Positions 30,435 to 40,909 are shown, counted from the stretch's first letter. The stretch is 64,000 bases of DNA from Vulcanimicrobiota bacterium (GCA_050250895.1 JBFWNU010000001.1:2980891-3044890), one strand, 5' to 3'. The notes: a model not told the origin generated them from the letters alone. Made by a program: numbers and translations.

Positions 30435-32393
30435 TTGCCGACTGCCTCCGGCCATATCGATCTTCGCCTGCGAAACCGGGGTCGGGTCCTTTATCTGGCC
30501 GCTCACCCTGACGACGAGAATCCGGCGCTACTGGCCTACTGGTCGTTCCACAAACGCTACCAGACCGCCTATCTGTCGCTGACCCGCGGCGAGGGGGGCC
30601 AGAATCTGTTGGGTCCGCTATTGGGCGAACCGCTGGGCCTGATTCGCACCCACGAGTCCGAGGCGGCCGGACGGATCGACGGGGCCCGGCGATATTTCAC
30701 ACGGGCCAGCGACTTCGGTTATAGCAAGCACGCCCAGGAGGCACTGGACAGCTGGCGCCCACTGGGCGTGCTGGAAGACATCATCGCCGTGCTGGCCGAG
30801 TTTCGACCTCAGGTCGTGGTCAGCCGGTTTTCACCCGAGCCCGCTCCCACCCACGGGCACCACACCGCCGCCGCGCGCCTGGCCCTGGAGGCCTTCGAGG
30901 CGGTGGCCAACCAGCCGTGGGCGCCGCGACGCCTGGTCTGGAATCGGTTTGGCCCTCCCGGCCTGGCTACCGATGTTCACTTCTACAGTCCGCTCCTGGG
31001 CAAGTCGGGGGCCGAGTTGGCCGCCGAAGCCCACAGCATGCACAAGTCTCAGGGGTTCGGCACAGCGCCGTCGCGGGGGCCTCACCTGGAATACTTCGAG
31101 CACCTGGCCGGGGTGCCCGCCGGCCGGGATTTGTTCGAAGACATCGAGGTCGGCGAGCCCCCGGTCCTTGACCTGCGTCACCCCCACCGCAGTCTCGAGC
31201 AACTCACCGATCCCGAATTGGTGGTCGATTGTCTGGGCCTGCGGTTGCGCGCCCAGGCGGCCGGGCCGCAGGTGCGCCGGGGTCCGGTCGAGGTCACCCT
31301 GTCGGCCTGCAATCCCTCGCCGGTCGATGTGCGCTGGCAGGGCCAGTGGCTGCCCTGCGGCCAAACGGTGGAACGAACCCTGCAGGCCACCGGTCCGGTG
31401 GCCTTCGAACTCGAGGTGGCGGGGCGAGCCCTGACCGTGTGGCGGACGCTCACCTACACCCGGGTCGACCCCGTGGCCGGCCAGGTGACCACCGAGGTGC
31501 TAGCGCTACCCGAGGCCAGTTTGCGCCCGCTCGATGACCTGATCCTGTTCCCGGACGCCCAGCCTCGTGCGGTCACGGTCGAACTGCGAGCCCACCACGG
31601 ACCGCTGCCGCCCGGGCGGCTGGTGGTCGGCGACCAGACCCTGGAGGTGCCGGGCGAAGGGCGCTATCCGGTGGAAGTGCCGGCGCCCTCCGCCCCCACC
31701 ACCGCCAGGTTGGCCTTCGCCGAGTTCGACCGCGATTGTATCACCATCGAGCTGCCGCCCCTGCCTCGTATGCTCTATCAGCCCGCGGCCCAGGTGCGTC
31801 TGGTTCCCCTCGAGCTGCAAACCCGCTCGCGCAGGGTGGGTTATCTGGCTGGAGCCGGCGACGCCGTTCCCGAGGCGCTGCAGCGGCTGGGCTACTCGTT
31901 GGAAACGGACCGGCTGGACACTCTGGTGGTGGGCGTGCGTGCCTTCAACGTGGCCCACTACGAGCGCGCTCGGTTGGCCGAGTTCGTCCGGCAGGGCGGC
32001 ACGCTGGTGGTTCAGTATCACACTCTGGGGGCCGACCTGGCGCCGCTTGAGCTCGAACTCTCGCGGGGGCGGGTCACCGACCAGGATTCGGCCGTCCGGT
32101 TGCTGGCACCAGACCACCCCGTCTTCACCACCCCCAACCGGATCGGCCCGGCCGACTTCCAGGGCTGGGTCCACGAGCGAGGACTCTACTTTGCCTCGAG
32201 CTGGCATCCAGATTTTCAGCCCCTGCTCTCATGCCATGACCCGGGCGAGCCGGCGCTCGAGGGCGGCTTGCTGGTGGCCCCCTTCGGACGGGGTTATCTG
32301 GTCTACACCGGGCTTTCGCTCTTTCGCCAGCTACCGGCCGGCGTGCCCGGAGCCTATCGTTTGCTGGCCAATCTGGTGGCCCTGGGAGCCTGA
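30435..32393 (+). CDS. PIG-L/LmbE family deacetylase with C-terminal GATase-like domain
   Basis: AAHPDDE, TRGEGGQN, DFGYSK, HGHH, HKSQGFG; C-terminal WVHERGLYF...FRQLPAGVPGAYRL. Confidence 0.88.
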   Translation: MPTASGHIDLRLRNRGRVLYLAAHPDDENPALLAYWSFHKRYQTAYLSLTRGEGGQNLLGPLLGEPLGLIRTHESEAAGRIDGARRYFTRASDFGYSKHAQEALDSWRPLGVLEDIIAVLAEFRPQVVVSRFSPEPAPTHGHHTAAARLALEAFEAVANQPWAPRRLVWNRFGPPGLATDVHFYSPLLGKSGAELAAEAHSMHKSQGFGTAPSRGPHLEYFEHLAGVPAGRDLFEDIEVGEPPVLDLRHPHRSLEQLTDPELVVDCLGLRLRAQAAGPQVRRGPVEVTLSACNPSPVDVRWQGQWLPCGQTVERTLQATGPVAFELEVAGRALTVWRTLTYTRVDPVAGQVTTEVLALPEASLRPLDDLILFPDAQPRAVTVELRAHHGPLPPGRLVVGDQTLEVPGEGRYPVEVPAPSAPTTARLAFAEFDRDCITIELPPLPRMLYQPAAQVRLVPLELQTRSRRVGYLAGAGDAVPEALQRLGYSLETDRLDTLVVGVRAFNVAHYERARLAEFVRQGGTLVVQYHTLGADLAPLELELSRGRVTDQDSAVRLLAPDHPVFTTPNRIGPADFQGWVHERGLYFASSWHPDFQPLLSCHDPGEPALEGGLLVAPFGRGYLVYTGLSLFRQLPAGVPGAYRLLANLVALGA

Positions 32394-33142
32394 TGATCAT
32401 TTGTCTCGGCCAACAGCCCTGCGGCTTTCTACCCAAGCGGTTTCTGGTGGCCAAGTTGCTCACCGCCCGCCGTGTGCAGCAAGAGGCGGGCGGGCGCCTG
32501 GTGTTGTTCTATCACGACAGCGACCATGATCACCGCGAGACGCGCACCAGTCTACGCGACGCCCAGGGCCGCCTCGAGCACCTCAACTTCGCCGTGGCCG
32601 ACAAGCTCGAACGCAAGTATACACCGCTCTACCTCAAGACCATCGCGGCCGGGTGGCAAGAAAAGATGGCTCGTCGCCTGCCGCGTTTTGCCCCTGAGCT
32701 GGTCGACCTGTTCCTTTCCGTCCAGGCCACCCGAGTGGCCGATTTCTGTCTGGAGATGTATCAAGGCCTGGGTCTGCTCGACGGCGTCGAGGTGGTGCGC
32801 TCCAGCGACCCGGCGGTGCGCCGCGCGGCCGTGCGGGTGTCGGATTACTATGCCGACCTGCCCTACCAGGGCAGGGTGGTCAGGGCCAGGGCAGGGCCCG
32901 GAGGGTATCGGCTTCATCAGGGCGGAGAGTCTTATCTGCAGGTGCGGGCCGAGAACGTCGATCCCGAGCAAATCAGCCCCACTCGGGACAGTCGACTGGT
33001 GTGGATGCAGTCGGTGATCGGCTGCACCCACTATGTGGCTGGCGTCTCCGAGATGGTCTATCTGGACCGCGCCCAGACCCCTGCGATCACCTTTGTCGAG
33101 CGCGACTTCGTGGCGGACGCCGCGCTCGCATGGACGGGCTAG
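32393..33142 (+). CDS. short BshC-like protein
   Basis: GQQP...K..TA...VLFYHDSDHD and YVAGVSE..Y resemble BshC motifs; coupled to the deacetylase (TGATG). Confidence 0.55.
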   Translation: MIICLGQQPCGFLPKRFLVAKLLTARRVQQEAGGRLVLFYHDSDHDHRETRTSLRDAQGRLEHLNFAVADKLERKYTPLYLKTIAAGWQEKMARRLPRFAPELVDLFLSVQATRVADFCLEMYQGLGLLDGVEVVRSSDPAVRRAAVRVSDYYADLPYQGRVVRARAGPGGYRLHQGGESYLQVRAENVDPEQISPTRDSRLVWMQSVIGCTHYVAGVSEMVYLDRAQTPAITFVERDFVADAALAWTG

Positions 33143-34779
33143 GGTACCCACACCCCGCGCTCGAGTTGCACTCGGCCGCCCGGCAGCTTTTTGACGATGG
33201 TGTCGAGGTAGGCCGGGTTGAATTTCATGTTGATGTGGTTGGCGTTGTGAATGGACAGGTCTCCGCCGTGGGCGACCATGGCTCCCTCGACGCTGATCGA
33301 GCGCCCGGTGGCATGGATGTTGATTTCGTTGCGGGCATACACCAGGCCCCGAAAGGCAAGATCGTGGAGCACGCCCGCATCGGGCGGGCGGATGTTGACG
33401 TTGTTGCCGGAGTAGATCGAGAGATCCGATTGGGTGTCGCCTTCGATGTCGGCATAATTGGGATAGAGGCTGACGCTGCCGTCGGCCAGCAGCTTGCCGC
33501 TGCCGAAGACGTTGCCCTCGATGGTGATCTCGCCGCTGGCCGAGATCGACCCGCGGTCGGCCTGACCGTCATAGTCGGCGTCGAGGAATTGAATCGAGGG
33601 GACCTGACCCTCGATTTGCGAGAACACCCCAAAGTCACCGTCGACCCTGAGGTCGACATTCGCGCTCACCCCCACCGTGGCGGTGGCCAGGTTGGCCGAC
33701 ACCAGATTGGTCGGGTCGATGTAGAAGTCGAGGGTGTTGACGGCGTGGCCGACGGCCAGATCACCATTGAGACTGACCCACTCGTCGGTGTCGTAGTTTT
33801 CGGGCAAGGAGCCGTTGTAATACCACAGTTCCTGCACGTCTCCCGGTTCGAGCCGGCCATCCACCACCGCGTAGGCTCGGCGTTCCAGGGCGGACACATT
33901 GGCCGTGGCCTGCTCTCCCTCGGCGTTGATGTAGCTGACGTTGCGCTGGGTGAAGACATAGATACCGGGATTGATGGTGACGGCTTGCTCGGCCACCTGT
34001 ACCTCGGAGCGCTGCAGATTGTGGACCTCGTAGTAGGTCTTGGAGCGGGGCAGAAAACGTCCCTGGGTGGCGCTGACCGCGGCCTCCAGGTCGGTCGTAT
34101 TTTCCATGTTTTTCGAGCCCAGGCTAATCCCGCCGTTGGCCCACAACACGCCCTTCTCGGACGAGTTGGGGGCTGGTTGAAAGTCGACCTGAGACGCGGG
34201 AGGGGCGATAATATCTCTCTTGCTACGAATGAAGTTGCGCGTGGGGTCGGTGCTGGCCACGTTGAGTTGATTGGCGTCGAAGTTGATATTGTGGGTCGAG
34301 ACGGCCGACGAGTCGTAGAGTGGAGCGGTGTAGAGGAGGACTTGCCGCAACTGGCTCAGGCTGCCTCGGTTGACCGAGATGTCCAGGCGGCAACCCCCGG
34401 CCGGGACCCCGTCGGACTCGGCCGAGCCTTCGATGTTATTGTGAATGACCACCTCATACTGGGTGTCGAGCCCCACCACTTCGCCGGCCACGCGGGTGGT
34501 ATTCTTGATCTCGTTGACGGTGAGAATGGCGGCCACCTCGCCGTCGACCCCGTCGCTGGAAAATGGGTTGGCCGCCCAGCTCTTGTCGTGCTCGAGGCGA
34601 TAGAAACAGTATTCATAAACGCTGCGAGCGGCCCGCTCGAGGTTGGCCCGATGGTCGGTGTTGTTGATGAAACTGAACTGGTGCGAATTGAGTTGGACGA
34701 AGGCCCCCATGAGCACAAGCATCAGGGCCGCCACGGCAAAGACCAGAAATAGCGCGATTCCTCGTTGTGATCGTCTCAA
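33139..34779 (-). CDS. PilX-like pilus assembly protein
   Basis: RRSQRG-IALFLV prepilin-like N-terminus lacking Glu5; beta-rich C-terminus. Confidence 0.7.
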   Translation of the reverse strand: MRRSQRGIALFLVFAVAALMLVLMGAFVQLNSHQFSFINNTDHRANLERAARSVYEYCFYRLEHDKSWAANPFSSDGVDGEVAAILTVNEIKNTTRVAGEVVGLDTQYEVVIHNNIEGSAESDGVPAGGCRLDISVNRGSLSQLRQVLLYTAPLYDSSAVSTHNINFDANQLNVASTDPTRNFIRSKRDIIAPPASQVDFQPAPNSSEKGVLWANGGISLGSKNMENTTDLEAAVSATQGRFLPRSKTYYEVHNLQRSEVQVAEQAVTINPGIYVFTQRNVSYINAEGEQATANVSALERRAYAVVDGRLEPGDVQELWYYNGSLPENYDTDEWVSLNGDLAVGHAVNTLDFYIDPTNLVSANLATATVGVSANVDLRVDGDFGVFSQIEGQVPSIQFLDADYDGQADRGSISASGEITIEGNVFGSGKLLADGSVSLYPNYADIEGDTQSDLSIYSGNNVNIRPPDAGVLHDLAFRGLVYARNEINIHATGRSISVEGAMVAHGGDLSIHNANHINMKFNPAYLDTIVKKLPGGRVQLERGVWVP

Positions 34780-34790
34780 TTCTGTCCTCC

Positions 34791-35492
34791 CTAGATGCCC
34801 GGATAGCTATTCATGGCTTCGACGCTCAAGACCGTCTCGTGAACTTCATCCACCGTCTGGTTGCTGTTGACTCGTTTACCGCCCTTTTGCCGTAGCAGCA
34901 GTTTGAAATCGAGCACCTGACGGGTCTGGTTCTTGCCCACTTCGAATTCTAGCACATGCTTGGAGAGGGTGCCGGAGCGAACGACGTTGGCGTTGGTGTT
35001 GGGCAGATCGCTGATGTTGATGGCCAGCTCGTCGTAAGGGACCGGCCCCGGCAGGGGACCGAGATTCACTTCTTGGCGCACCAGCAAGCCCTCTTCGTCA
35101 CGGGTGGCGTAATAGACGATGTAGCGGTCCCAGCGGGGCAGACCGCTGGGGAAGAAGTTGGCCGGATTGTGCCAATCCGACAGCCCGACAAAGGCGACGG
35201 CATCCCGTCGAAGGCTGGCTCCGCCAGGCAGGTTGATGGTGCGCGGCACCACCGTGATCGAGCGGAAATGGGTGGGGGAGGCGTCGGCCTTGAAGCGCGT
35301 GGCCGAAGCCTGGGCATCGCCCAGCAAGCCCTGGCGCAAAACGGCGTGCTGAAAGCCCCGGCTACCGAATTGAAAGAGGGCGAATACCACCAGCATGACG
35401 ACGGAGAGGATGGCCAGTACGACCACTGCCTCGAGGACGGAAAAGCCGGTTCTTAGTCTTCGTAGTAGCGTAACTGCTCGATTCTGGTCCAC
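34791..35492 (-). CDS. prepilin-type (PilW-like) protein
   Basis: RTG-FSVLEAVVVLAIL cleavage/methylation motif. Confidence 0.8.
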   Translation of the reverse strand: MDQNRAVTLLRRLRTGFSVLEAVVVLAILSVVMLVVFALFQFGSRGFQHAVLRQGLLGDAQASATRFKADASPTHFRSITVVPRTINLPGGASLRRDAVAFVGLSDWHNPANFFPSGLPRWDRYIVYYATRDEEGLLVRQEVNLGPLPGPVPYDELAINISDLPNTNANVVRSGTLSKHVLEFEVGKNQTRQVLDFKLLLRQKGGKRVNSNQTVDEVHETVLSVEAMNSYPGI

Positions 35493-35896
35493 AGCTTGCC
35501 GACCTCACGGCGAGAGCCCGTGCTGTCGTGGGCGCCGTTCCACCAGTAGACTTCCACCTGAACATGATACACATTGCCCATGGGATAGGTGGGTTTGGGA
35601 GTGGTCAGTCGGACCGGGGTCACCGAATAAGTGAAGGATGTGCCGGAATAGTTGTCGTGCGAATACAGGTTGATCTGCGTCGCTCCGGCCCCGACACCCC
35701 AGCCGGGGGGGCCCTCTTGAAGGGCTCGGTCGAGCACTTTTTCGGCCAGCGCGCGACCGACGGATTGGTCTGCGTTCTTCACGCCAGCCGTCAGTAACTT
35801 CGAAAAGACGCCGATGACTGCCAGCGCGATGGTGGTGAGCAACCCTAGCGCCAACACCGTCTCCGCCAGGGTCAGCCCCTGTCGAACTTTTCCCAT
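35453..35896 (-). CDS. prepilin-type (PilV-like) protein
   Basis: RQG-LTLAETVLALGLL motif. Confidence 0.8.
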   Translation of the reverse strand: MGKVRQGLTLAETVLALGLLTTIALAVIGVFSKLLTAGVKNADQSVGRALAEKVLDRALQEGPPGWGVGAGATQINLYSHDNYSGTSFTYSVTPVRLTTPKPTYPMGNVYHVQVEVYWWNGAHDSTGSRREVGKLWTRIEQLRYYED

Positions 35897-35943
35897 GACC
35901 GCTAGATTAGCAAAGAGTTGTAAACTTTCTGTGAACGACCTGG

Positions 35944-37329
35944 CTACCAGGTGGCCGTGGCGATCGAGTGGGCGGGTAGCTCGAGGGGGGCCGCTTGGCC
36001 CTCTTGCCAGAGCCAGACCGTACCCGGGTTGTCGCTCTCGTTCATCACGATGGCCACGGTTTTTCGCTCGACCAGGAAGGCGGTGGCTCGAACCTCTTTC
36101 GAGGTCGAGGTGCAGGCGATGCGGCGGGCTCCCGGCGGCAGAAACTTCGAGAAATGGCCGATGTAGTAGTAGCTGGCCATGTAACGCAATTTTCCCTGGG
36201 CATCCTTATGCACCGGTGCGTAGCAGAAGTTGTTGACATGGTTAGGTCCGCCGCGTTCGTCGAGCAGGATGTTCCAGTCGGTCCATCCGCAGGTCCAGTT
36301 GTTGAAGTCGTCGATCATGGCCCGACCGTAGTTCTCGCCCCAGTGCCATTCGTCGAAGTGCTCCCAGCTGAACGGATAGTTGCACCCCTCGCTAAAGAGT
36401 AAGGCCTTGTCGGGAAAGGCGTCGTGGACCTGACGGACGTTATCCGCCCGGGCCCCGTCATACCAGTGAAAGGCGGTTCCCCAGACATAGCCGGCGGCCT
36501 TGGGATCCGACAACAGGGTGCTGGCGCGCTGATAGAGCAGGTTGCGATTGTGATCCCAGATCATCAGCTTGAGACCAAGGCCCTCGAGAGCGGGCCCAAG
36601 ATGATCGACCACAAAGTCGCGCTCTTCTTGGGCCGTGTAGATGCAAGACTCCCAGGTCTGGGTGGCCATGGGCTCGTTCTGCACGGTCAGTCCCCAGATA
36701 GGAATTCCCTGCTTTCGGTATTCCTCGACGAAGCGCACGTAATAGCGGGCCCAGACCGAGGCCCACTCGGGCTTGAGTTTGCCTCCGTGGAGCATCTCGT
36801 TGTTGCTTTTCATCCAGGCGGGCGGGCTCCAGGGAGAGGCGAAGATCTTCAGCTCGGGCGCCCGTTCGAGCACCTTTTTGATGAACGGCACCCGATAACG
36901 CAGGTCGGGTGCGATGGAGAAGGTGGCCAGTTCGCGGTCCTCAGGCTCGGTATAGGCATAGCTGGCGCTGGAAAAGTCGCAACTGTTGATGTGGGTCCTG
37001 GCCAGACTGTAACCGATGCCGGTCTGGCGGTCGAAATAGGCGGTGAGCAACTCTTGCTGGGCGGCCGGCGAGAGACTGGCCCAGGTCTCGGCGGCGGCGT
37101 CGGTGAGGGCCCCGCCGATCCCCTCCAACGTCTGATACTGCTGGCTCGGGTCGAGAAAGACGGTGGTCATGGACTCGTCGGGTTGAGGCCGAGGAGCAAA
37201 GGTGATGATCCCTTTCGGGCTCAATCGATCGTTGCTGTCTTTGGCCGTCAGGGTGACCTCGGCGGTCTGGCCCAGACAGGGCAAAGCAAGAGCAAAAAGG
37301 AGCGACAGTATCAGGGTGGTGCGAAGCAT
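35944..37329 (-). CDS. secreted glycoside hydrolase family 30 (glucosylceramidase-like)
   Basis: SCDFS, ASPWSPPAWMK, TVQNEP, FHWY, FSEGC and DWNILLDERGGPNH; signal peptide from ATG 37329. Confidence 0.92.
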   Translation of the reverse strand: MLRTTLILSLLFALALPCLGQTAEVTLTAKDSNDRLSPKGIITFAPRPQPDESMTTVFLDPSQQYQTLEGIGGALTDAAAETWASLSPAAQQELLTAYFDRQTGIGYSLARTHINSCDFSSASYAYTEPEDRELATFSIAPDLRYRVPFIKKVLERAPELKIFASPWSPPAWMKSNNEMLHGGKLKPEWASVWARYYVRFVEEYRKQGIPIWGLTVQNEPMATQTWESCIYTAQEERDFVVDHLGPALEGLGLKLMIWDHNRNLLYQRASTLLSDPKAAGYVWGTAFHWYDGARADNVRQVHDAFPDKALLFSEGCNYPFSWEHFDEWHWGENYGRAMIDDFNNWTCGWTDWNILLDERGGPNHVNNFCYAPVHKDAQGKLRYMASYYYIGHFSKFLPPGARRIACTSTSKEVRATAFLVERKTVAIVMNESDNPGTVWLWQEGQAAPLELPAHSIATATW

Positions 37330-37573
37330 TGGCGAGGATTCGCTTCGGCCGGGATTTTCCCCGTCGTTACGGTTGAGTGAATTTTTCTCCACCAGTCTAT
37401 CCACAGCAGTGGACAGTTCACGACTCGGAAACGATCGGCCCGCCAGGACAGCAGCATCCGAGGCGGCGGCCAGGTTCCGGCAAGGGTAAAAGTTTAACAG
37501 AGGTGGGTCACTACGGCTCGTTGAAAAATAGGAAGCGGGGATGCCCCGCGATCTTGAGGGGAGAGGGATTTCT

Positions 37574-37981
37574 GTGCTAGAACAACCGGGCGCCATTGGG
37601 CGCGAGCAAGCCACCCACGACACCGACCGCCTGCACGTCGAGAAGGTCGCCAAATCGCTGGTCTGGATGCAGACCATCTTTCTGGGGATGCTCTTACTGG
37701 GTTTCGGGGCCGGCTTTCTGATGGTGGCCGCCAACGTCGACGAGGACGCCGTCTTCGGTTTGATCGGGCTGGCCTGCATCATTCCGTTGATCTGCTTCTA
37801 TGTGATGGTTTATCGCTGCGCCGCCGGAATCGGTCGTTCCGGCCTGCTGTGGGTCCTGTTCTGTATTTTTTTCCGGGGCTTGATCCCGATGATCATCCTG
37901 AGCTATTTGACCCGCAAATGGGTCGAAGAGCGAGGCGTTCGCTTGCGCATGCTGGGGCTTGGTTACGACATGCCTAACTAA
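37574..37981 (+). CDS. small membrane protein
   Basis: Three to four hydrophobic segments; start uncertain. Confidence 0.65.
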   Translation: MLEQPGAIGREQATHDTDRLHVEKVAKSLVWMQTIFLGMLLLGFGAGFLMVAANVDEDAVFGLIGLACIIPLICFYVMVYRCAAGIGRSGLLWVLFCIFFRGLIPMIILSYLTRKWVEERGVRLRMLGLGYDMPN

Positions 37982-38639
37982 GGAAGGCCGCCAGCACCGC
38001 CACCAGCACGGGTAGAGCCAGGCAGATGCCGAGCAGCCACAGCACCCACTTTAAGGTGTCATCCTGGTATTCGACGTATTCGATGGCCAGGGGTTCGGGT
38101 GTCACTGCCAGCACTCTTTCGGGTTCGCCTTCGACCAGGTCGAGGTTGAGCACTTTGGCCAGGCTCTGCGCCTCGACGATGGCTTTGCCGCGATCCTTCT
38201 CGAGCGGGCTGATCAGGGTGAACTGGCGGCCGTCCTGCAGCACCAGGGCCAGGCCATACTCCCACCACACCCCCTGTTTGTTGGCTCGCTTCTCGGGCCG
38301 CACGGCCAGTCGATAGAACTGGTCGAAGTTGCCTATCGGGCAGAGTCGGTTTCGACCAAAGAATTTTCGCACGAAGGTCAGCTCCCGGGCTTCGAAGTCG
38401 AACACGAAGTGGTCGTCGAGCCGGTAGCGAAGCCAGCCACCCAGCCCGGCCAGGCAGGCGAGCAGCAGCACGACCCCACCCTGTAGTCGGTCAAAGCCTG
38501 AACTGGCCCACCCCACCGCCAGCGCCAAGAGGAACAGGCTGGTCAGACAGGTGAAGACGGTCAGGCCGCTTTCTAGCGGAGTCTCGGGGTCGACCACCAG
38601 TTGCGACGGTCGTTCTCCGGGGCGAATGTTGTCGCTCAC
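37974..38639 (-). CDS. membrane hypothetical protein
   Basis: Two TMs, a beta-rich domain (LDDHFVFDF...WWEYGL) and a C-terminal TM; similar to both halves of 50985-52019. Confidence 0.7.
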   Translation of the reverse strand: MSDNIRPGERPSQLVVDPETPLESGLTVFTCLTSLFLLALAVGWASSGFDRLQGGVVLLLACLAGLGGWLRYRLDDHFVFDFEARELTFVRKFFGRNRLCPIGNFDQFYRLAVRPEKRANKQGVWWEYGLALVLQDGRQFTLISPLEKDRGKAIVEAQSLAKVLNLDLVEGEPERVLAVTPEPLAIEYVEYQDDTLKWVLWLLGICLALPVLVAVLAAFLS

Positions 38640-39955
38640 AGATGCCGCTCGAGGGCGTAGGACGAACAGCGGATGGCGCCTTCGAGCACGGTGATGGCGG
38701 CCATGGCGAGGGGCACCACCTCGAAGCCGTGACGCTCGTAGGCCTGGCGGGCCAATCGGTCGAGAGGCTCGCAGTCATACTGGGGCAGATAGACCTTCTT
38801 CACGTCGTCATAGACTTCCATGATGCAGTTGTTGTAGGTCAGGTAAGGCAACGAGTGGGTGAAGCGTTGGCCCAGCAGACAGGGAATGCGTTCTACCTCG
38901 TAGTGGGGCGAAAGCTCGCGGGCCAGGTTGTCGAAGTTGGCCTGATGGCCGCGGTTCTCGGCGATGAGCTCGCCCACCAGATCGCGGCTCGGGTCGAGGC
39001 CGGCGGCAGCGGCCATCTTCTGGCTGACCTGCTGGCGCTCATCGGCCCCAAGGTCGGCGAGCACTCGCGAGGCTAGTCCCGGGTCGCCCACCATGAAGTT
39101 CTCGTCGCCGATGGGAGTGGCCACCATGTCGATGTGAAAGGCTGGTTGCGTCTCGACTTCGGGAGTGTTGGGGTCGTCCTGGCCCACCACCAGCGCGGGC
39201 TTGCCAAACTCGTGCTCGAAGAGCTTGACCGCCAGTTCGTTCCAGTTGCGGTCTCCGCCCACCAATTCGCGCAGGCGGGCGGCGGTGTGCTCGACCGAGT
39301 CGAGGCCGACAATCAGTTGGTGGCGGTTGCTCAAGATGTTGCCCCCGTCGAGGCGCAGCCCCGGGTGGGCTTCGGCCTGCACCGGCAGGTTGAAGGGAAC
39401 GGCCTGCTCGTCGGGTCCGGCGAAGTAGGTGCGGTCCTGGACCAGCACTCGGGTGCCCTGGTCGCTCCAGACCGGCAGCATCGAGTCGCGAATCCAGATG
39501 GAGAAGCCCTGCTCAGAATCCAATCCGACGATTTTCACTCGCTGCGGATTGGCGATGCCGGTGTCGTCGACCAACTTTTTCAGGTCTTCGACGCCGCGGG
39601 CGTCGGCGGCCACGATGGTGAACTTCGTCTCGGGGTGCATGTTGGTGAGCAGCTTGCGATAGACTCCCAACACCGCTTTGCGAGCCACCTCGGGCAGAGG
39701 CTTGTCGAATTCCCTGTTGCCGAACTGCAAGGCCAGATGGCCGATGCGACCTTCGCTGTCCGGCAGCAAGAGCCCGGCCGGGCCGAACAATCCCGGAATG
39801 GCCGCGGCCAGGGCGGTTTGATGAGGCGAAGGCGGGAGGACCGGTCGGCTGGGGCCGGCCGGCTGGTAAACGTCAACTGGCCCCGTCGCCCGGCTGCTAG
39901 CGAGGCGAGTGGGGGCCAGATTGCGATAGGTGGCAAGCTGCCGGCCGATGATCAT
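38636..39955 (-). CDS. agmatine/peptidylarginine deiminase-like (pentein) protein
   Basis: WIRD, DGGN, FHIDM, TYNN and GAIRC motifs. Confidence 0.75.
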   Translation of the reverse strand: MIIGRQLATYRNLAPTRLASSRATGPVDVYQPAGPSRPVLPPSPHQTALAAAIPGLFGPAGLLLPDSEGRIGHLALQFGNREFDKPLPEVARKAVLGVYRKLLTNMHPETKFTIVAADARGVEDLKKLVDDTGIANPQRVKIVGLDSEQGFSIWIRDSMLPVWSDQGTRVLVQDRTYFAGPDEQAVPFNLPVQAEAHPGLRLDGGNILSNRHQLIVGLDSVEHTAARLRELVGGDRNWNELAVKLFEHEFGKPALVVGQDDPNTPEVETQPAFHIDMVATPIGDENFMVGDPGLASRVLADLGADERQQVSQKMAAAAGLDPSRDLVGELIAENRGHQANFDNLARELSPHYEVERIPCLLGQRFTHSLPYLTYNNCIMEVYDDVKKVYLPQYDCEPLDRLARQAYERHGFEVVPLAMAAITVLEGAIRCSSYALERHL

Positions 39956-40071
39956 CGGCTATATTCTACGGCGTTTGGCTCAAAAATGCCTGAATCAGGC
40001 TAGCTTCCATTGGGCTACGCCCGCCCGCATGAAACTACCCTGAATTTCCTCGGGTGTGCTAAACTTGGCCA

Positions 40072-40542
40072 ATGGGGTCCAGGGTAACACTTCGCTTTCT
40101 AGCCGAGCCGAGTGATGTCAACTTCGGCGGCAAAGTCCACGGCGGCACGGTCATGAAGTGGATCGACCAGGCTGCCTACGCCTGCGCCGCCAACTGGAGC
40201 GGCCGCTATTGCGTGACCGTCTATGTGGGCGGGATCCGCTTTTACCATCCCGTCCACATCGGTTATCTGGTCGAGGTGAAAGCCCGTATCATCGACACCG
40301 GCAACACCAGCATGCACATCAGCGTCGACGTCTGGGCTCGCGACCCTCGCCAGTCAGAAGGCACCAAGACCACCCATTGCATCGTGGTCTTCGTGGCCCT
40401 CGACGACCAGGGCCAACCCACCCCCGTTCCTCCCTGGCACCCCGGCGACGGCGAGGAAGAGGCTCTCCAGGGCTACGCCCGCCGACTGGTCGAACTGCGG
40501 CGTTCGATTGAAGAGGAGATGCGCCCGTTCCATGACGGTTAA
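40072..40542 (+). CDS. acyl-CoA thioesterase (hotdog fold)
   Basis: DVNFGGKVHGGTVMKWIDQA. Confidence 0.92.
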   Translation: MGSRVTLRFLAEPSDVNFGGKVHGGTVMKWIDQAAYACAANWSGRYCVTVYVGGIRFYHPVHIGYLVEVKARIIDTGNTSMHISVDVWARDPRQSEGTKTTHCIVVFVALDDQGQPTPVPPWHPGDGEEEALQGYARRLVELRRSIEEEMRPFHDG

Positions 40543-40849
40543 CGTCGATCGCTACCTGCTCGAGGCGCTGGACCTGGTGCAAGCGGGACGTAAGCGTCAG
40601 GCGGCCGAGGTGCTCGACCTCGTAGCCGTCATTTGCCGCTCCTGTGGTGAAGAGGAAGAGGCGCAGGATTATGAAGCTCTGGCTCGCTGGGCCCGCGCTG
40701 AAGGGGAAGACGATGACGGCACGACCGCCCCGCGCCGGCCACGACTACCGAGCGCCGGGGGCGCCGCCGCCCTGACCTTGCCGATCGAAGGCGCGCCCGC
40801 TCCTGATCTGCTGGGCACTCGCCACCCTGGCCGCGTGACCAGGCTGTGA
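40532..40849 (+). CDS. hypothetical protein
   Basis: Overlaps the thioesterase end; short helical region then a low-complexity tail. Confidence 0.5.
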   Translation: MTVNVDRYLLEALDLVQAGRKRQAAEVLDLVAVICRSCGEEEEAQDYEALARWARAEGEDDDGTTAPRRPRLPSAGGAAALTLPIEGAPAPDLLGTRHPGRVTRL

Positions 40850-40909
40850 CACCTTGTTAACCCCCCGCATCCGGCGGGCGGCTATCATAGAAGCTACAGG
40901 AGAGTCACT

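Noticed and set aside
33001-34752. Long plus-strand ORF (583 aa) and similar antisense ORFs (28656-30122, 54678-55988, 55874-57295)
   Set aside because: Typical high-GC antisense open frames opposite genes with clear motifs.
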